A stretch of 63,578 nt of DNA, filler included, from Globobulimina sp. (Eukaryota), in NCBI GenBank assembly GCA_003354225.1. It is 35 parts of 35 records of this genome, joined end to end, with 100 filler letters (N's around TTAATTAATTAA, not from the genome) between each part and the next. Parts side by side here need not be neighbours in the genome. Positions count along the whole stretch, not along the records: positions 36,399 to 38,117 come from PIVH01012736.1; positions 38,218 to 39,936 come from PIVH01012737.1; positions 40,037 to 41,755 come from PIVH01012738.1; positions 41,856 to 43,574 come from PIVH01012739.1; positions 43,675 to 45,393 come from PIVH01012740.1; positions 45,494 to 47,212 come from PIVH01012741.1; positions 47,313 to 49,031 come from PIVH01012742.1; positions 49,132 to 50,850 come from PIVH01012743.1; 27 more parts are not named here. The stretch is one strand, 5' to 3'. The translations under genes and the position numbers were made by a program. The notes below the pieces were generated by a model, which was not told the DNA's origin, made no database searches, and worked only from the letters and a program-made list of their open reading frames with translations. Shown here piece after piece: positions 38,049 to 51,032 of this stretch (its first letter is position 1; each line of letters opens with the position of its first letter).

Positions 38049-40318
38049 GCAAAATGATCAAATCTGCCCTCCACTCAAGTAAGCAAAAACCAATAAAAAA
38101 TTTGAAAAAAAAATAAANNNNNNNNNNNNNNNNNNNNNNNNNNNNNNNNNNNNNNNNNNNNTTAATTAATTAANNNNNNNNNNNNNNNNNNNNNNNNNNN
38201 NNNNNNNNNNNNNNNNNAATTTCAGTTTGATTTCTCTTATTTTTATCTAATAATTTTTCCATAATAACTCCGAATGGATAACTGTTCATACAATCAATTC
38301 TCCGCTGCAAATCTGTATCATTTTGCTTTTTTAATACTTTTACTTTCACCAAATCCCCTTCATTCAGACTAACATTGTAATGCAATGACTTGACCATATT
38401 TATTGGTCTCAGCATGTGATATTTTCGTATAATTTCATGTAATTCTTGTGTTACCATATCCGATTCTATGATGTTGTCTTTTTTGTATTGCATTATCAGT
38501 GCTTTCAATCCAATAAATCCAAACTTTCTAAAAGCATCACCTCCGATCACTTTAATCATATTCACATTTGCTTCCAGTCGACCCACACCACAACGTTTTA
38601 ACATCTCTAAATGTGATTGTATTTTATGTGCACATTGATCGAATAATACATTTTCAACGTTTGTTGAAAGCTCAATTAAATATTCTTTTTTTATCGCAAA
38701 TACTGGAAATGTTTGTTGTTGCAGCGGTATACACGAATTTGTTGACCATTTACTGTTAAATGTTTGGACAACACAACGACCATAATAACTATCATCAGAC
38801 AACAAAATGACTGCTACGTTATTATGTAAATCAATATTTGGATGTCCTTTAATGATGACCATATCACCGCATTTTCTGATACTTTTGTGATGCGGATCCG
38901 GATGCTGTTGATTTAATGGTGATGTGGTCGATGCATTGTATTGGACACCACTCACAATCGCAAAAAGGGTGACAATGCCAGTTAAAATATTGGAGAATAC
39001 CAATGTCATTTTACAATTTATAAAGCAGAAAATTGTGATTTAAGAGTGTGTGCAGGATATGCGATTTCGCGTAATTAAATTCCATATGTGCAGCTGTAAA
39101 ATATTTGATGGATATCGGTTACGAACAAAATGTTAAATCTTATCTTAAATTTATGTTGTTATTGTTTTGTGAAGTTGTGATATCTTTAATATTTAATATT
39201 AACAAACAACAGCAATCTGAAACTAATAATGGTTGGAACTGGTTCAAAAAAGATTTTATGTAAATGGTTTACAAGAACAATTAATTATAAATGACTATTT
39301 TCAGTACTACATATCGTAGAAATGGAAGGTATTGATAAAATGGCATGTGTTAAATGTATCGTTGATGCAGTTATGTCACTTATGTGATAATTCTATAATT
39401 CTTATGTGAATATATATATATACATATATTGTATAGATGGGAGACCAATGGGACAAACTTACAAAAGCTGTGGGTTCCAAAGAGATGAAGAAACTATTAC
39501 AAACCAACAATGTCATTGCTGGATTATTAGAAGAGAGCGAGATCCAGAAAGAGAATGTTATGACTACATTGTCTGTGGTACAAACTGCAAAAGACAAAGG
39601 AGATGCACAGTTATCACAAAGTGACAGGTTGTTATTTAATGAGAGTGTGAGAGGTTTATCGAATTGAAATTGTATGTAAATCTCCATACTTTCCCTGTTG
39701 ATTGGTTCAGTTTTGAGATTTTTATATTTTTAAAAGTACTCTCAACAGTAACCGTCTCAAATAAAATCCAGGCTTATGCATATTCATACAAACCCATACA
39801 AACGCCAAATTATACGCGTTTAAAATAAAAAAAATCCAAACCATTATACAAAATCTCAAAACCAATCCATTGTTGCAGCTGCAATCTAATTACGGGAAAT
39901 CGCATTGACGTGCACTCTTTGGTTACGTTCGTGCTTNNNNNNNNNNNNNNNNNNNNNNNNNNNNNNNNNNNNNNNNNNNNTTAATTAATTAANNNNNNNN
40001 NNNNNNNNNNNNNNNNNNNNNNNNNNNNNNNNNNNNTGTTTTCTATGTATTTAAACTATGCACTAAAATTTGCATATTGCGTTGTGGTTGACATGAGATA
40101 GTAACCTTATCACCCCTTTCCCAGTTTGTAATACTTTTTCCCAAATATCTCATTTCAGTCACAGCTCTCATTCATTGTTGCTTTCGATATACTCTGATAC
40201 TTGGTAGTTTATGTTATATGTTTTACTGCCTTTTTCTCAAGACCAATATTAATAAATTATTTTATACTATTTGGTCCAATCGATTGACAACCGAAAGAAA
40301 AGGCCTACTTTCTTTTCA

Positions 40319-40330
40319 TGGCGACCCTCA
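40319..40330 (+). promoter_or_regulatory. Candidate primer-binding site (tRNA-Arg-like) directly after a putative LTR end
   Basis: TTTTCA|TGGCGACCCT with AATAAA at 40251, about 830 nt upstream of the gag ATG. Confidence 0.5.
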
Positions 40331-41151
40331 ATTAAGGAATTCATTCAACCTGCCATTCATTTATTTCCTTTTTTGACAACAACCAACGACTGAGGACAAA
40401 GCAAGGTTAGTTTTGGTAAAAAGCAAAATTGTATACATCCATAATATTATTTGTGAGGCAAATAAGCCTGACATGGTTTATGTCTGAGCAATTGCTTATC
40501 ATTCTCTCTTTTGCTTTCTCTTTTATCAATATACAGCACAGCTGTGTAAACATTTAGCCATACAACCACTCAGTCAGTCTACCGTCAATTATTTACAATT
40601 TGTGTACATACAACAACACATAAAATGTATATTTATGCCCTTATTTTCGCTTTCTATTGAAAAAAGCTTGCATTTATATATTTATTTTATGCTTTTGTGT
40701 GCATTAAATTGTATAATTTTACTGGAGTCAGATTATACAGAGGTCAACCATTTCCTTTTTCCACACATTCCTATTGTGTTAAATTGCACAAAACCTGCAA
40801 TTTTTCCCAAACTTCCTTTTGTGGTATTAAAGAATACTACAACTTTCCTAAACCTTATTGTGTTGGAGCACAAATTTGGTTTCAAAATTCCTTTCCTATT
40901 TCCTGCATAATAATTTGCAAAAATACAGATTTTTGTGATTATATCTGCAATTGGTTTACAAGTGATACTGTAGTGTATATTTCCTGTGTATACATTGCAT
41001 TTCAGTTACATTCATTCTCTCTTTTTCCACAATTTTGGGGTTTCAAATTTGAAGTTTTCACAAATTTTGAAAAATTTCAAAAATTTCCTTTTCCTATTTT
41101 CAAACTTACCTATTTCCTGGTAACTATTGAAATTACATATTTATATTCATC

Positions 41152-41754
41152 ATGTCAGCAAGACAATTGGGTGGATTCAAAGCTTCTCGCACTACATCTA
41201 AACAAAGCATTATTAAACTCAAAGGTGAGATAGATAGAGCTATAGGTCAACGTGCACATATTAATACAGCTAATCAACAACAACTATTTGAGCTTGAAGC
41301 CATAGTAGGTGATCTTTATGTCAAATTTCAGGACAAGTTATCTAAATATGACACAGCAATAGATAAACTTAGGAACTGTTACATTGAGCTTAAAGATGAC
41401 AAGGGTGAACAAGAATTGGACATTGAAATACAGACAGAACAAGATGAAATCTCACATTATAAAGACAATTTTCTTGTTATTCGTCGTATTCATGCTACCA
41501 TTCAACAAAGGTTAGAACTTTTGCAAACACCTGCAGTTCCTCCTCCTGTAAAAACAGAACAAGACCCTGCTGAGTTAGTTCAATTGGTTACAGCAGCAGT
41601 AGTTGCAGCAATGGTACAACAGCCACCACCTGTAGTCCAACCTCCTCCTGCACATGTAGCTCATCCTCCCACTCAACTTAAATTACCCAAGTATGAAATG
41701 CAAAAATTTTCTGGTAATCATTTAAAATGGAAGGGTTTTTATGATGAGTTTTGT
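41152..41754 (+). mobile_element. BEL/Pao Gag N-terminus (second element)
   Basis: Coiled-coil N-terminus followed by LKLPKYEMQKFSGNHLKWKGFYDEF. Confidence 0.8.
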
Positions 41755-41855
41755 TNNNNNNNNNNNNNNNNNNNNNNNNNNNNNNNNNNNNNNNNNNNNT
41801 TAATTAATTAANNNNNNNNNNNNNNNNNNNNNNNNNNNNNNNNNNNNNNNNNNNN

Positions 41856-43486
41856 AATTTATAATTCCAGTCATCACTATGTTTCTGGCAGATTTTAAGT
41901 AATTTATTTAAATGCTTTTGTGGTATTTCTGATATATCATATTGGCAAATTTTATTATGTATGTTGATTGCAATAATTGTGTTATTTATTGGTTTTTGTA
42001 TCAAAAACATAGGCGTCGGTTTATTAGTATTTATTTCATTATGGTCATGGTATTCGTTATTAAGTAACATTATATCGTGAATATTATATGAATCAATGTT
42101 ATTTTTATTTATTGTTTTATCATTATAGATTATTGTTTTACATTTTTTGTCATTAAATTTATAATTCCAGTCATCACTATGTTTCTGGCAGATTTTAAGT
42201 AATTTATTTAAATGGGAGACTTTATTCGCTGTTAAAATTATGTCATCTGCGTATAACACACAAGCTATATTTTCATTGGGGTCTGGTGAGGCTGCGCCGC
42301 AATCAGAATCTTGTAAATCGCCAATTAGGTCATTAAGAAAGGCTGCATAGAGGACAGGGGAGAGTACAGACCCTTGTAAGACCCCATTGTGTAGGAGGAA
42401 TTTATTAGTGATGAATGGAATGTCTCTTATGGCAGACTGAGAATTGGTGTAAATGGCTTTAAGTATTTTGCAAATATGTAACGGTATATTAAAATGTGAG
42501 TGTAGCTTATAAAGGAGTCCTTTTCTCCAAACTGTGTCGAATGCTTTTTTAATATCCAGCAATGCGCTGTATAAGGGTTTGTTTTTCATTTTTGCAGTTT
42601 CTGCAATTAAATCAAGTGTGCCAATCTGTTCAGGTACACCTCTTTTCGCTCTATTGCCACCTTGTAAAATGTGTAAATTATTTCTAAACTTATGTGAAAT
42701 GCACATTTCCCATAGGATCAGACGTTCGTATGTTTTAAAGATGATAGGTAGTAATGTGATTGGTCTGTATTCATTGGGTGTGCTGCCTGTTTTTGTTTTT
42801 AGGATTGGAATTATAGAGCCCAGTCTGCAGTAAAATGGGATGAAGTAAGATTTGTTCCAAATATTGAACAATGTGCAAAGTATTTGGTTTATTTCATTGG
42901 GGTTAGTTTTGAGATGGATTGTTTTTATGCCATCATAACCTGGGGCACTATTTGGATTTGCACGAGACAATGCCATCTCGATCGATTTATATTTATTAGT
43001 TTTATCTTTATTTGCGATATTATTATTGATTAATTCATGCATTTTTTCATCATTTTCATCATTTACGGTGCGATCAGGTAAATATACCGGTGTTTGTTGT
43101 TGTAAATCCAATATTACGTCATCGTCACTATCTGAATCTGTATTTTCATTTGATTGTTCAAGTTCATATAGCTCATTTATTAGGGGCTGTGTAGGTGGAA
43201 TGTAATTTGGGTCATAGTGCGGGATGAGGTCGATATTTGTGTCATTATCAAGCATATTATTATCATAATTGAGGTCAATGATTTCAAGCGGCGGGGGTTG
43301 GTTCGCGTTGTTATTTTCTCCTTTTCGTGGTTTATTTGGGATAAATTCTAAATTATTTTCGATATAATGTTCAATGTTAGTGTCAAAGTCATTTATATTT
43401 GTCAATTTGGGATTATTTTTTGGGTCAGGGATGTGTCCGTTTATTTTTTCAAAGTGTCGAGATAATGCAATGTTTTTGATAGACAT
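41856..43486 (-). mobile_element. Non-LTR retrotransposon reverse transcriptase (RTE/RTEX-like), 3'-truncated
   Basis: SAPGYDGI, YRPITLLP, QGGNR, LLDIKKAFDTVWR, GVLQGSVLSP, YADD. Confidence 0.93.
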
Positions 43487-43703
43487 CTTTAGTTTTGAGC
43501 GACATCTTTAGTTAGACACCTTTAGTTAAACTGTGTTTTTGAACAAGAGTGTGGACATACCCACACTTTAATTTNNNNNNNNNNNNNNNNNNNNNNNNNN
43601 NNNNNNNNNNNNNNNNNNTTAATTAATTAANNNNNNNNNNNNNNNNNNNNNNNNNNNNNNNNNNNNNNNNNNNNAAGCAAAAAAAAAAACTCTGCCAACT
43701 ACA

Positions 43704-45108
43704 ATGTTCAAAAGTGCAACGAGTTACTTATGGGGATCCTCCTCCTCCTCAACCTCACAAACATCAGATAATAACAATAATAGCAACACAAATGTAAACC
43801 CACAAACGCAACATCAAAGCAGCTCCTCCTTACCAAATTTAGATGAATTGCAGCTAGAAGAAAAAACACAAACTAATTCCCCCAAAATTCAATATTTCCA
43901 TCGTCATCATCAATCCATTCCATCCGTCCCTTTTCATCAAATACCACCATACAAATCAGCACCAATCGAGATCATCTTAGACAAAGAGAGCAAATATAAA
44001 TTATCAGCTACCTGCTCCATCGCCTTCTTATTTAACAAACCTCATAATCCTCATAATCCGCATAATCGTCTAAAATTATCCCGAACGCCTTTTTTTATTG
44101 TCTCGAATCGCAATGCAAGATACATGAATAAAATAGACCACACTTTTAAATCCGAGGCCAAAAGCATCGAAAAAACCGATGAAAATGCAACCGAACCATT
44201 AGAATTATGCATTATCAACGTCTCCGACTTAAACAAATACTTAGACTCTTTGAACCTAACCGTGGAGGAAAAAAAGGGCATTTTGACCTTATGCGAATGG
44301 GTGAAAACCGAGAAATTGACCATCAAACTGTGCGGTTCTATGTTAATCGCAGAGATCGTCATCACTTATTTCAGCTCACTGTCGCCTACCAATCCCGACT
44401 TATTTGGTTGTTGGAAGAAATGGATAATGTATCGCACCGATCATATGATGAGCAATATGCACCATATCAATGCTGCGAAATTAAAAGCATTTTATGACTC
44501 TGGCATATTTTCCATAGGATTTGACCATAATCGACGGCCTGTTTGGTTCCTCAATACCGAACATTACGATGATTCCTTTGGGTATGACACCATTACGAAA
44601 GGGTTCCTATTATGGGTGTCCTCCATACTGTGGAACTTAAAGAAGAATGAGTTTGATTTATTTGCCTTACGGCGCGGCATATCACTGTGTTAAGTGTTGT
44701 TTGTTTGCATTGTACGCGAAAACGCACATTTTGATATATTTAGATGTGAATCTAAGCCATTGGAGCATAAACATGGCGTCTTGGAATATCATACAAGCGG
44801 TGAAGAAAGCAATGGTGGCTTATCCCTTCCATTTGGTGGACATTTATATCTCGAATATACCGACTTTTCTGTATTTATTGAAGCAATTAGCAGCTAAAGT
44901 GGTGGTGCCGCACGCCATGGAAAAGGTGTTGGTGTTGGCGGACGCAAACGAATATTTTGAATACGCACCGAAGCACAAAACACCGATTTGTGCCGGCGGG
45001 ACACTCAAAGTCAACGCTACGCAATGGGTCAAAGATAGGGGCTTTTTGGATTATAATGGGAATAAAAGTAAACACAATAAATCGCCATCGGCTCCGATGA
45101 TGAAATAG
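43704..45108 (+). CDS. CRAL-TRIO (Sec14-like) lipid-binding protein; intron 44689-44743
   Basis: GFDHNRRPVWF, RRGISLYVNL, AYPFHLVDIYISNIP, TPICAGGTL. Confidence 0.75.
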
Positions 45109-45493
45109 ATTTAAATGATTTTTGTTTTTTTGTGTGTGCACTGCATGTTTTCTAAGTATTTTATTGTTATTATTTTTTATGATGATAATAATAATAATTT
45201 TGGTTTTTTTTGGTTTTGTTTTATTATTATATACCTCATAACACATTAAATTATTAAAAATATAAACATTCACAGTTTTTTTTATGATTTTTTTTCAATG
45301 TATTAATATTTTAAAACAACATTTGTGTGACGATGGACGATGATAATACAATCTGTATTGACGTATATATAATGTACTTTAATTCTTTTTTTTNNNNNNN
45401 NNNNNNNNNNNNNNNNNNNNNNNNNNNNNNNNNNNNNTTAATTAATTAANNNNNNNNNNNNNNNNNNNNNNNNNNNNNNNNNNNNNNNNNNNN

Positions 45494-46473
45494 CTTGGAA
45501 ACCAGTAATTCGTACAGGCCAAAGCCGGAGATGACAGTTTTGCGATCGCTACTTGCCATTTTGCAGCACCATTATTTGTGAGTATTCGTGCTGTTGGATA
45601 ACTAAGCAAAGCACAACAAATATACCCTGCTCTCGCCACCATTTTCGTTGCACTAAATTCTGCATCCAAGTGAGATAAAACAGAATTGCCGATCTCAGGA
45701 TCATTAATTAGCATCCTCGCACGGCACGTCATGCAATCTCGACACAGCCAGCTCGGCAAAGTCACTCCAAAACAACGTTTAGCCACTTTCGCGGCAATTT
45801 TCATTGGCATACACGATATGTATCGGTACATACTGCCACGACAATCACCAACACTTACTCCAACATCATGATCATGGCTGTTATTGCTTGCTTCGAATTG
45901 GTATTGCTTTCCAAGGATTGGACCATTTCCTTCCGTCACTCTCTCACAGCCTTGGATGAAATCGTTGAGTATTTTGGTTCCATTCTCTCTAAACCAATCA
46001 TCTGCGTCCATGCAATAATGACCATATTTGTTCATGCAATCTCTTTTAACAAAATGCAACTTTGTGTCGTCGGAGACACTGTTCGCCCAAAATGCAACGT
46101 ACACATTACCAGGATGCTTATCAAGCGTGTCAATGAAATGTGTGATTTCCGGCTGATTGAACCTTTTAGCTCTTAAATTCCTGACATTTGGACCAAAAAA
46201 TTCCACATCCACTGTACTTTCCGCTGCAATTCCCGCATCAGATAAAAGTTGGCCATCTGCTAAAGGTGTTTTGCCAAAGGTAATAACATAAGTAGCAGGA
46301 TTTGCAAATGCAGGCAAGTGCACCAATGCTTGCTTAATGTCAGCGACTGTTCCTTCTGATCCCACATCGACAAGAATTGGACTGTCGCCATTTGGGTTGC
46401 GAACAAACACAGGAAATGATACAGATTGTATCACATAAATTCTTTGTAATAGCAATAGCAATAAAAAATACAT
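45494..46473 (-). CDS. Signal peptide plus ubiquitin-like domain protein, 3'-truncated
   Basis: MYFLLLLLLQ signal; FPVFVRNPNG..VDVGSEGTVADIKQAL..ITFGKTPLADGQLLSDAGIAAESTVDV beta-grasp pattern. Confidence 0.75.
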
Positions 46474-46704
46474 CTTACTTTTAATAATTAATACCCTGAG
46501 TTGATCTTAAAGTAATATTTTTGAATTATATTGAAGTGCGAAATTCCGTGAAATAATTAAGAATTAGAGTGGATTACTACAGCTGCAATAGTGAGATTGT
46601 CTTTGTTATCAATGTTATGGTCATCATCCTCCACAACATCATCGTCCGCAATATATTAAATAATTTGAGTCAAGTCCAGTCTAAAAACACTAATCCGATC
46701 TTAA

Positions 46705-47212
46705 ATGCTTGCGAAACGTATTCAAGCGTTAACATGTTTTTTTGTATTCAATCCGACATTGGCCAGGAAAGAAACAGACGACGAAACAAAGAAAATCCTC
46801 TACTATTTCCCCTCTAAAAACGTGCCATTCGACACCCAATGCGCTTATGTTGGCCTAGTCTCAGGAATTGTGAATTTCTCCAAAGACTTTGCCTCGGAGC
46901 CAGCGCACGCATTGCACACTGAACGCAATCGCTATGTCTTCAACGAGGTCGAAAAGGACTTCTGGATCGCGTTGGTATTGAAAAATCCACGAAAAGATTT
47001 AAAATCCGATAAATATGGCCGTCGATCAGTCATCGATGAGGAGGCAAAGAAAAACAACGACGCCACGGACAAGAACAAGAACAACGACAATGACAACGAT
47101 AACGATAATTTGCCGTGCATCACCTCTGAATATTTCATGGAGGACGAATTGGAAGATTCTGTATTGCATACCATCATAAAATCCGCCTATTCGACTTTTG
47201 TATTCTTCCATG
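46705..47212 (+). CDS. CCZ1: Vacuolar fusion protein CCZ1 (first longin domain), 3'-truncated
   Basis: FFVFNPTL..ETKKILYYFP..VGLVSGIVNFSKDF..HTERNRYVFNEVEKDFWI; ELEDSVL..AYSTFVFFH. Confidence 0.85.
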
Positions 47213-48878
47213 NNNNNNNNNNNNNNNNNNNNNNNNNNNNNNNNNNNNNNNNNNNNTTAATTAATTAANNNNNNNNNNNNNNNNNNNNNNNNNNNNNNNN
47301 NNNNNNNNNNNNCATCTTTTATCATGGAAGCAGTCAACAAGTCCGATCCTGTTCAATTATCCAAATGCGATCATCAAATGATCGTAACATCACTCAATTA
47401 AGTATCTATTTCTGTTTCTATTCACACATTTATTTGTTATACTTTATAGTGATATGGTATTATTGATGGATGGAATTGGCTGGAGTTTGTGGTTATCGTG
47501 GTCTGGGAGGAGGTGGTGGATACGCGGGTGTATAGGATGCGGATGTGTATGAACCTAAATATTCTTGAAATATACAATTCGATGTTGATAGTTTTGGTTG
47601 TAATTGGCTGTCATTATATAGCTCTAAAATGTGTGGGGTGTGTGGTATTTGACGCATTGCTTCATCTGATTTTTGATTATGTGATAAATACGGCGTGTGT
47701 TGGATTGCATGGGTGGAATGTTGCTGTTTATGTTGGCCATTTTTTGTTGTTGTTGTTTTGTTTTTTGTCGTATTTTCTCATTATAGATTATGTTTTCTTT
47801 GTTGTTTATGTTGTTTGATAAATCGCTTAGTTTCTTGTTAACTTTCTGACTATCGATAATATAATATTTCTGTTGCGATTAAAAAATGTTTGAGTCTCGG
47901 ATTTGATAGCGTTAAATATATAATCTAATTGTCTGAGACTATCGATTTCTGGGTATAAATATGTATGAATAATACTAATAATTGCTCGTGTTTGTATTGC
48001 CTCTCTTGTAAATTGTTCTATTACGCGATATGTATTTACAGTGTATGTTTCCTTTTCTGACCCTCGTTGTGGTCCGATAAAATATGGATAAATTTGAGTA
48101 ATATGAGGTGAGTCAAATACCACGTCGGCGAGGATAACTAACAATAATAAGTAAAAATATGTAAATGTTATACGGAAGATTAATAGCAGTTGATCCTGAA
48201 TCAATAAATTGTCTTTGATAAATTCAGTTTTTTCTTCTTGAAATGCACAAAGTAATGTTTTGAATGATAATCCTTGACAAAATACGTATATTGCGTTGAA
48301 TCTAACTCTGCGCAATTCACTGTATAATTTTTGTATCCTCCAATTTAATGATCTTGGAGTGTAATAATAAATATGCGTTTTGAGTTTATTGCTATGATTA
48401 TCAATGGTGAATATCGATTTTTTTATTTTAATTTCACTTTTAATCAATTCCAATGTCCTCCAAACGACGTCTAATGACTATATCTTTGATTTTATTTTTG
48501 CTTTTTTTTTATTTTTTATTGCAAAATCGCCTGTTGTTTTTGAGATTGCTTTCAAACTAAGATAGCATATGCCTATGTTACATAGATGTTTCGTATGTAA
48601 ACCGCTATCGTAGTTTAAAAATCCAATCTCCGCTAGAAGTGATTGAAAAGGTGACATGCTTTTAACTTTTTAAGCTTCAGCGTTAGTTGACATTAGTCAA
48701 TTGCTTAGGATTGCTTAGTCAATTGCTTAGACCGGTGTGATCATACATAAGATCATACCTTGATCATACATTCCAAAAATCATACTATGACTTGTACATA
48801 GTTGCAATTTATGACTACAATTTAGTGGAAAAGTTCCTCCATACTATTATAGTCATAAATGTATGAGTTATCCCTGCT

Positions 48879-48990
48879 GTATCTCAAAAGTACACATATC
48901 TCAAAAGTGCATATATCTCAAAAGTGTATATATCTCAAAAGTGAACATATCTCAAAAGTACACATATCTCAAAAGTGTATATATCTCAAA
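48879..48990. repeat. 17-bp minisatellite, about 6.5 copies of ATATCTCAAAAGTRYAY
   Basis: Directly visible tandem array. Confidence 0.9.
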
Positions 48991-50049
48991 ACTGTTTTTT
49001 AAATGCGGGCGACCCGTGTGGTTGTCCATGTNNNNNNNNNNNNNNNNNNNNNNNNNNNNNNNNNNNNNNNNNNNNTTAATTAATTAANNNNNNNNNNNNN
49101 NNNNNNNNNNNNNNNNNNNNNNNNNNNNNNNTGCGGCATTTGCAGATTGGTTAATAAAATATGGTGGTAAAGCTGAGGGAGATGGTATTATTAAGGAACT
49201 AAGGGATGGAACGTGGTGGGCACAAAGAGAAGAAATATTATCAAAAAAGAAAACAAATAAAAAGCAAGAAAAGAAAGCAAAGCAGTTTTAACAAAGAAGC
49301 ATCACAAAGTCGAGGGTTCGGTACATATGTACCAAAATCAGGGTTATCGCCGGAATTCTGTCGATTGCCGGAGTTCTCATTGGCAAATTTCCCGGCTGTT
49401 GGTTTTAATTTTGGTGCGTTTGAATTGCCGCCAACACCAACCACTGAGCCACCTCCGCATTATAATAACAACAATAACACCAACAACAATATTTTATGTC
49501 CATTAGATACGAATGCAGTTTTATCTGTGGCTGCGAATAAAAATGATAATTGTGAGTGGAGGGCGTGGGGCCCGCCAAAAGTGGGCGTTTTTTTGCAGAA
49601 TATGGCACCGTTCGTGCAAGGTATTAGTGAGCAGTGTGTGTCACAAAATATTGGTGGCTCATTATTGCCAGATTTAAACAGTGTGGATTTGTTTATAATG
49701 GATTTGATTACTGGGGTAAGCTCACCGGTTTATTTAGCAGCAGGATGGAGATATTTGTTAGGAATTGAGCAGACATTTGTCTATAAATTTATCGCATTGT
49801 GGTGTTATTCGCATGTACAACATGCTATTGCTGGGCATAAAGTGAATATGACAGAGCTGCAGAAATCTGATCCACAAAAATTATTTCTAAAATTTACAAG
49901 CGGCATTATGAAATATTTGAAAAATTCTTTGACACCATATGAAATATTATTACATATTAATTCGTTGTATTTTATCTTATCAACATATTCAATTAAACTA
50001 CATTCAAATGGAATGGTAGATCATCCATTTAAAATCGGTACTCATCCTC

Positions 50050-50219
50050 GCTGCGCAAATACATCACGGCATCGATACTCATTCTGCCGCTTAAATATAA
50101 TACGGCATTGATTCCAGTCTGCGACATTTCAGCCGCTTAAATACAAGACGGCATCGACTTTCTCGCCGCGAAAATATGACACGGCATTGATACTATCCTC
50201 GCCGCGCAAATACATCACC
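50050..50219. repeat. Five degenerate 27-nt repeats GCCGC-NN-AAATA-N4-ACGGCATYGA with variable linkers
   Basis: Units start at 50050, 50086, 50132, 50165 and 50201. Confidence 0.8.
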
Positions 50220-51032
50220 TTTAATAGTCACTTTTATGTTGTTTTTATAACTGAGTTACATAAAGAAACCACACCAGTTCTTGAAACTACACCAGTTCTT
50301 GAAACCATACCAGTTCTTGATACCGCCACGTGTTTCGTCGACCAGTTTTGGATCGATGTCATTGGTGATGATGATGGGGTGACTGATCTATGCTTTTGCG
50401 TCGACGAAATTCGGTCGAGAGGATGGTATCAAATCAAAAGTTTTCTAGTATCAAGTATCAAATATCAAGTATCAAGTATCAAGTATCAAAATGCAGTAAA
50501 AATAATTTATATAAAATAGGAACTCTGTTTTTGTATCACGAAAAACGAAATTGTACATAGAATAATAATATGCGTACTGCAAATACCATTAATTTGCAAA
50601 TATAATATGGACAAATAGAAACAATATACCGTCGTATGACAATGATATACTGTCAGATAGAAACAATAATAAGATATTTGCTGGACATTTGATACCATCC
50701 TCTCATACAGTCTATATTTATTAGACTAATCGAATAAATGTTTAATTATATCAATCATATTTATGTTGAAAAGGATATAATACAGAATTACCTACATTTT
50801 TTATATCATAAAGTTTTTAGAAACCTTGATATCGTTGCTGGGACGAATAANNNNNNNNNNNNNNNNNNNNNNNNNNNNNNNNNNNNNNNNNNNNTTAATT
50901 AATTAANNNNNNNNNNNNNNNNNNNNNNNNNNNNNNNNNNNNNNNNNNNNAAAACAGCACAGAAACGCTATAATTAAATATATTCTGTGCTGTATAGTGA
51001 TTATCGATTTTCCATGAAAAAATTAAAAAAAC

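Noticed and set aside
41856-42214. Exact 59-nt duplication (41856-41914 and 42156-42214) in the RT ORF
   Set aside because: Perfect copy at a contig end; most likely an assembly or amplification artefact.
50050-50219. CRISPR array
   Set aside because: Repeats are degenerate, linkers are 6-19 nt and related, there are no cas genes, and the context is eukaryotic.
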